DNA of 64,000 nucleotides, from positions 558,001 to 622,000 of the forward strand of contig JAIVFI010000025.1 in the NCBI GenBank assembly GCA_025558095.1, read 5' to 3'. The translations under genes and the position numbers were made by a program. This DNA is from Hyaloraphidium curvatum SAG 235-1 (taxonomy: Eukaryota; Fungi; Monoblepharomycota). How positions within the stretch are numbered: the first letter of the stretch is position 1; each line of letters begins with the position of its first letter. A model generated the notes under the pieces. It ran no database searches and was not told the DNA's origin. It saw only the letters and a program-made list of their open reading frames with translations. Below, piece after piece: positions 62,984-64,000 of this stretch.

Positions 62984-64000
62984 ATGCCGCCCCCTCCCCG
63001 TCCCGCGGGAGGCAGACGGCAAAATGACCGCGCCCGGCTGCGATGGGACGCCGAGTGCGACACGGCGGCGGTGTCCCCGGGGACGTGCAGCGCCATCCTG
63101 GCCGCCCTGAAGCGCGCGTCGGCCGCCGTCGAAGCGGGGCTGGCGCTGCGGAGGCCGTTGACGATGAAGCTCTCGGCAACGGCGGGCGGCGCCGGGAGGG
63201 ACGTGCACGTGCTGGCGGCGGCGAGCGTGCCGGGGTGGTTCGACGGGGCGAGGGGGAGAGTGCCGCAGGCGCTGGCGAGGCAGGCGGAGGAGGAGCCGCC
63301 CGACGCCGGGCGGTGGGACGCAATGGTCACCGTGGCCATGCCGCCGGAGGGATTCTTCTTTGAGGGGGATCCGACCGTCGCCGGGGAATCAAGGCCCAAT
63401 TTCGGTGGGTGGATGGATCCTCCTGGTCGCACGGGGACGCTGACCGCTCCCGCCCGTGCAGACGCCGTGCTGCACCACGAACTGCTCCACGCCTTCGGGC
63501 TCGCCACCTCCCTTGCCCCCGCCTTTGGCACAGGCGCCCTCGCGACGGCGCCCGTCACCAACGGCACCCGCTTCGTCTCCTTCTCCCAACCGAACGCCTT
63601 TGACAACTTCCTCGTCGACAGCTCCACGGGAACTCCGCTGTCGCGGCTCTGGGCCGATGTGGCTTCTTTCCGGACCGAGGACGCCGACCACGCCACCGCA
63701 TTCCGGACGTCGCGGGCCTACGCGTCCGCTGCGGAGCTCTACGACCTCGCCACGACGCCTGAGCGGGTCGCCTTCCAATCCCCCACCGGCACCCGCATAA
63801 TCCTCGACACCTCCTCCAAGCCCTTCATCCCCGGCCGCTCCCTCTCCCACCTCTCCTCCACTAGCAACCCCTCGGAGCTTCTCCTCCTCCCCACCGCCCC
63901 GCGCGGCCCGCTCCCGGAATCCATGCTCGCAAACACCACCGCAGGCAGGGTGATCCGCCTGTCGCCGGCGGCCACGGCGATGCTCCGGGCGATCGGTTGG
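62984..64000 (+). CDS. Zincin-like metallopeptidase (3'-partial)
   Basis: Open frame from ATG 62984 to the window end, containing HELLHAFG and GRSLSHL; probable in-frame intron near 63405-63461. Confidence 0.65.
   Translation, partial: MPPPPRPAGGRRQNDRARLRWDAECDTAAVSPGTCSAILAALKRASAAVEAGLALRRPLTMKLSATAGGAGRDVHVLAAASVPGWFDGARGRVPQALARQAEEEPPDAGRWDAMVTVAMPPEGFFFEGDPTVAGESRPNFGGWMDPPGRTGTLTAPARADAVLHHELLHAFGLATSLAPAFGTGALATAPVTNGTRFVSFSQPNAFDNFLVDSSTGTPLSRLWADVASFRTEDADHATAFRTSRAYASAAELYDLATTPERVAFQSPTGTRIILDTSSKPFIPGRSLSHLSSTSNPSELLLLPTAPRGPLPESMLANTTAGRVIRLSPAATAMLRAIGW

Noticed and set aside
1-64000. Prokaryotic origin of the window (operons, defence island)
   Set aside because: Spliceosomal introns, PTS1 signals, F-box, Fungal_trans and ACBP genes show it is eukaryotic; bacterial-like genes are embedded among intron-containing ones.

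Overview
High-GC eukaryotic DNA. Short GT-AG introns (about 48-65 nt) and the gene content point to a fungus, probably an early-diverging zoosporic lineage such as Monoblepharidomycetes/Hyaloraphidium (inference only). Housekeeping and metabolic genes: homoserine dehydrogenase, CAMK-type kinase, FOX2-like tandem SDR, flavocytochrome b2, ACBP, ZIP transporter, SDR, P450, GMC oxidoreductase, APH-like kinase, PQ-loop, DUF1003 and a zincin. These are interleaved with expanded, partly decayed lineage-specific families: three 7-TM proteins resembling gustatory-receptor-like/DUF3537 channels, two F-box genes, and four proteins with a PP1-docking RVxF-phiphi-R motif plus one truncated relative. A CRE-clade RLE non-LTR retrotransposon lies at about 39.4-43.3 kb. 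The most striking unexplained feature is a non-coding array at 36568-38315 of 11-12 hairpins, each about 75 nt and spaced about 150 nt apart. Their closing stems co-vary, their wobble pairs are G-U on the + strand, and they form a 3-unit higher-order period of about 450 nt. This looks like a polycistronic structured-RNA (pre-miRNA-like or unknown) locus. Exon boundaries were read by eye and are approximate.
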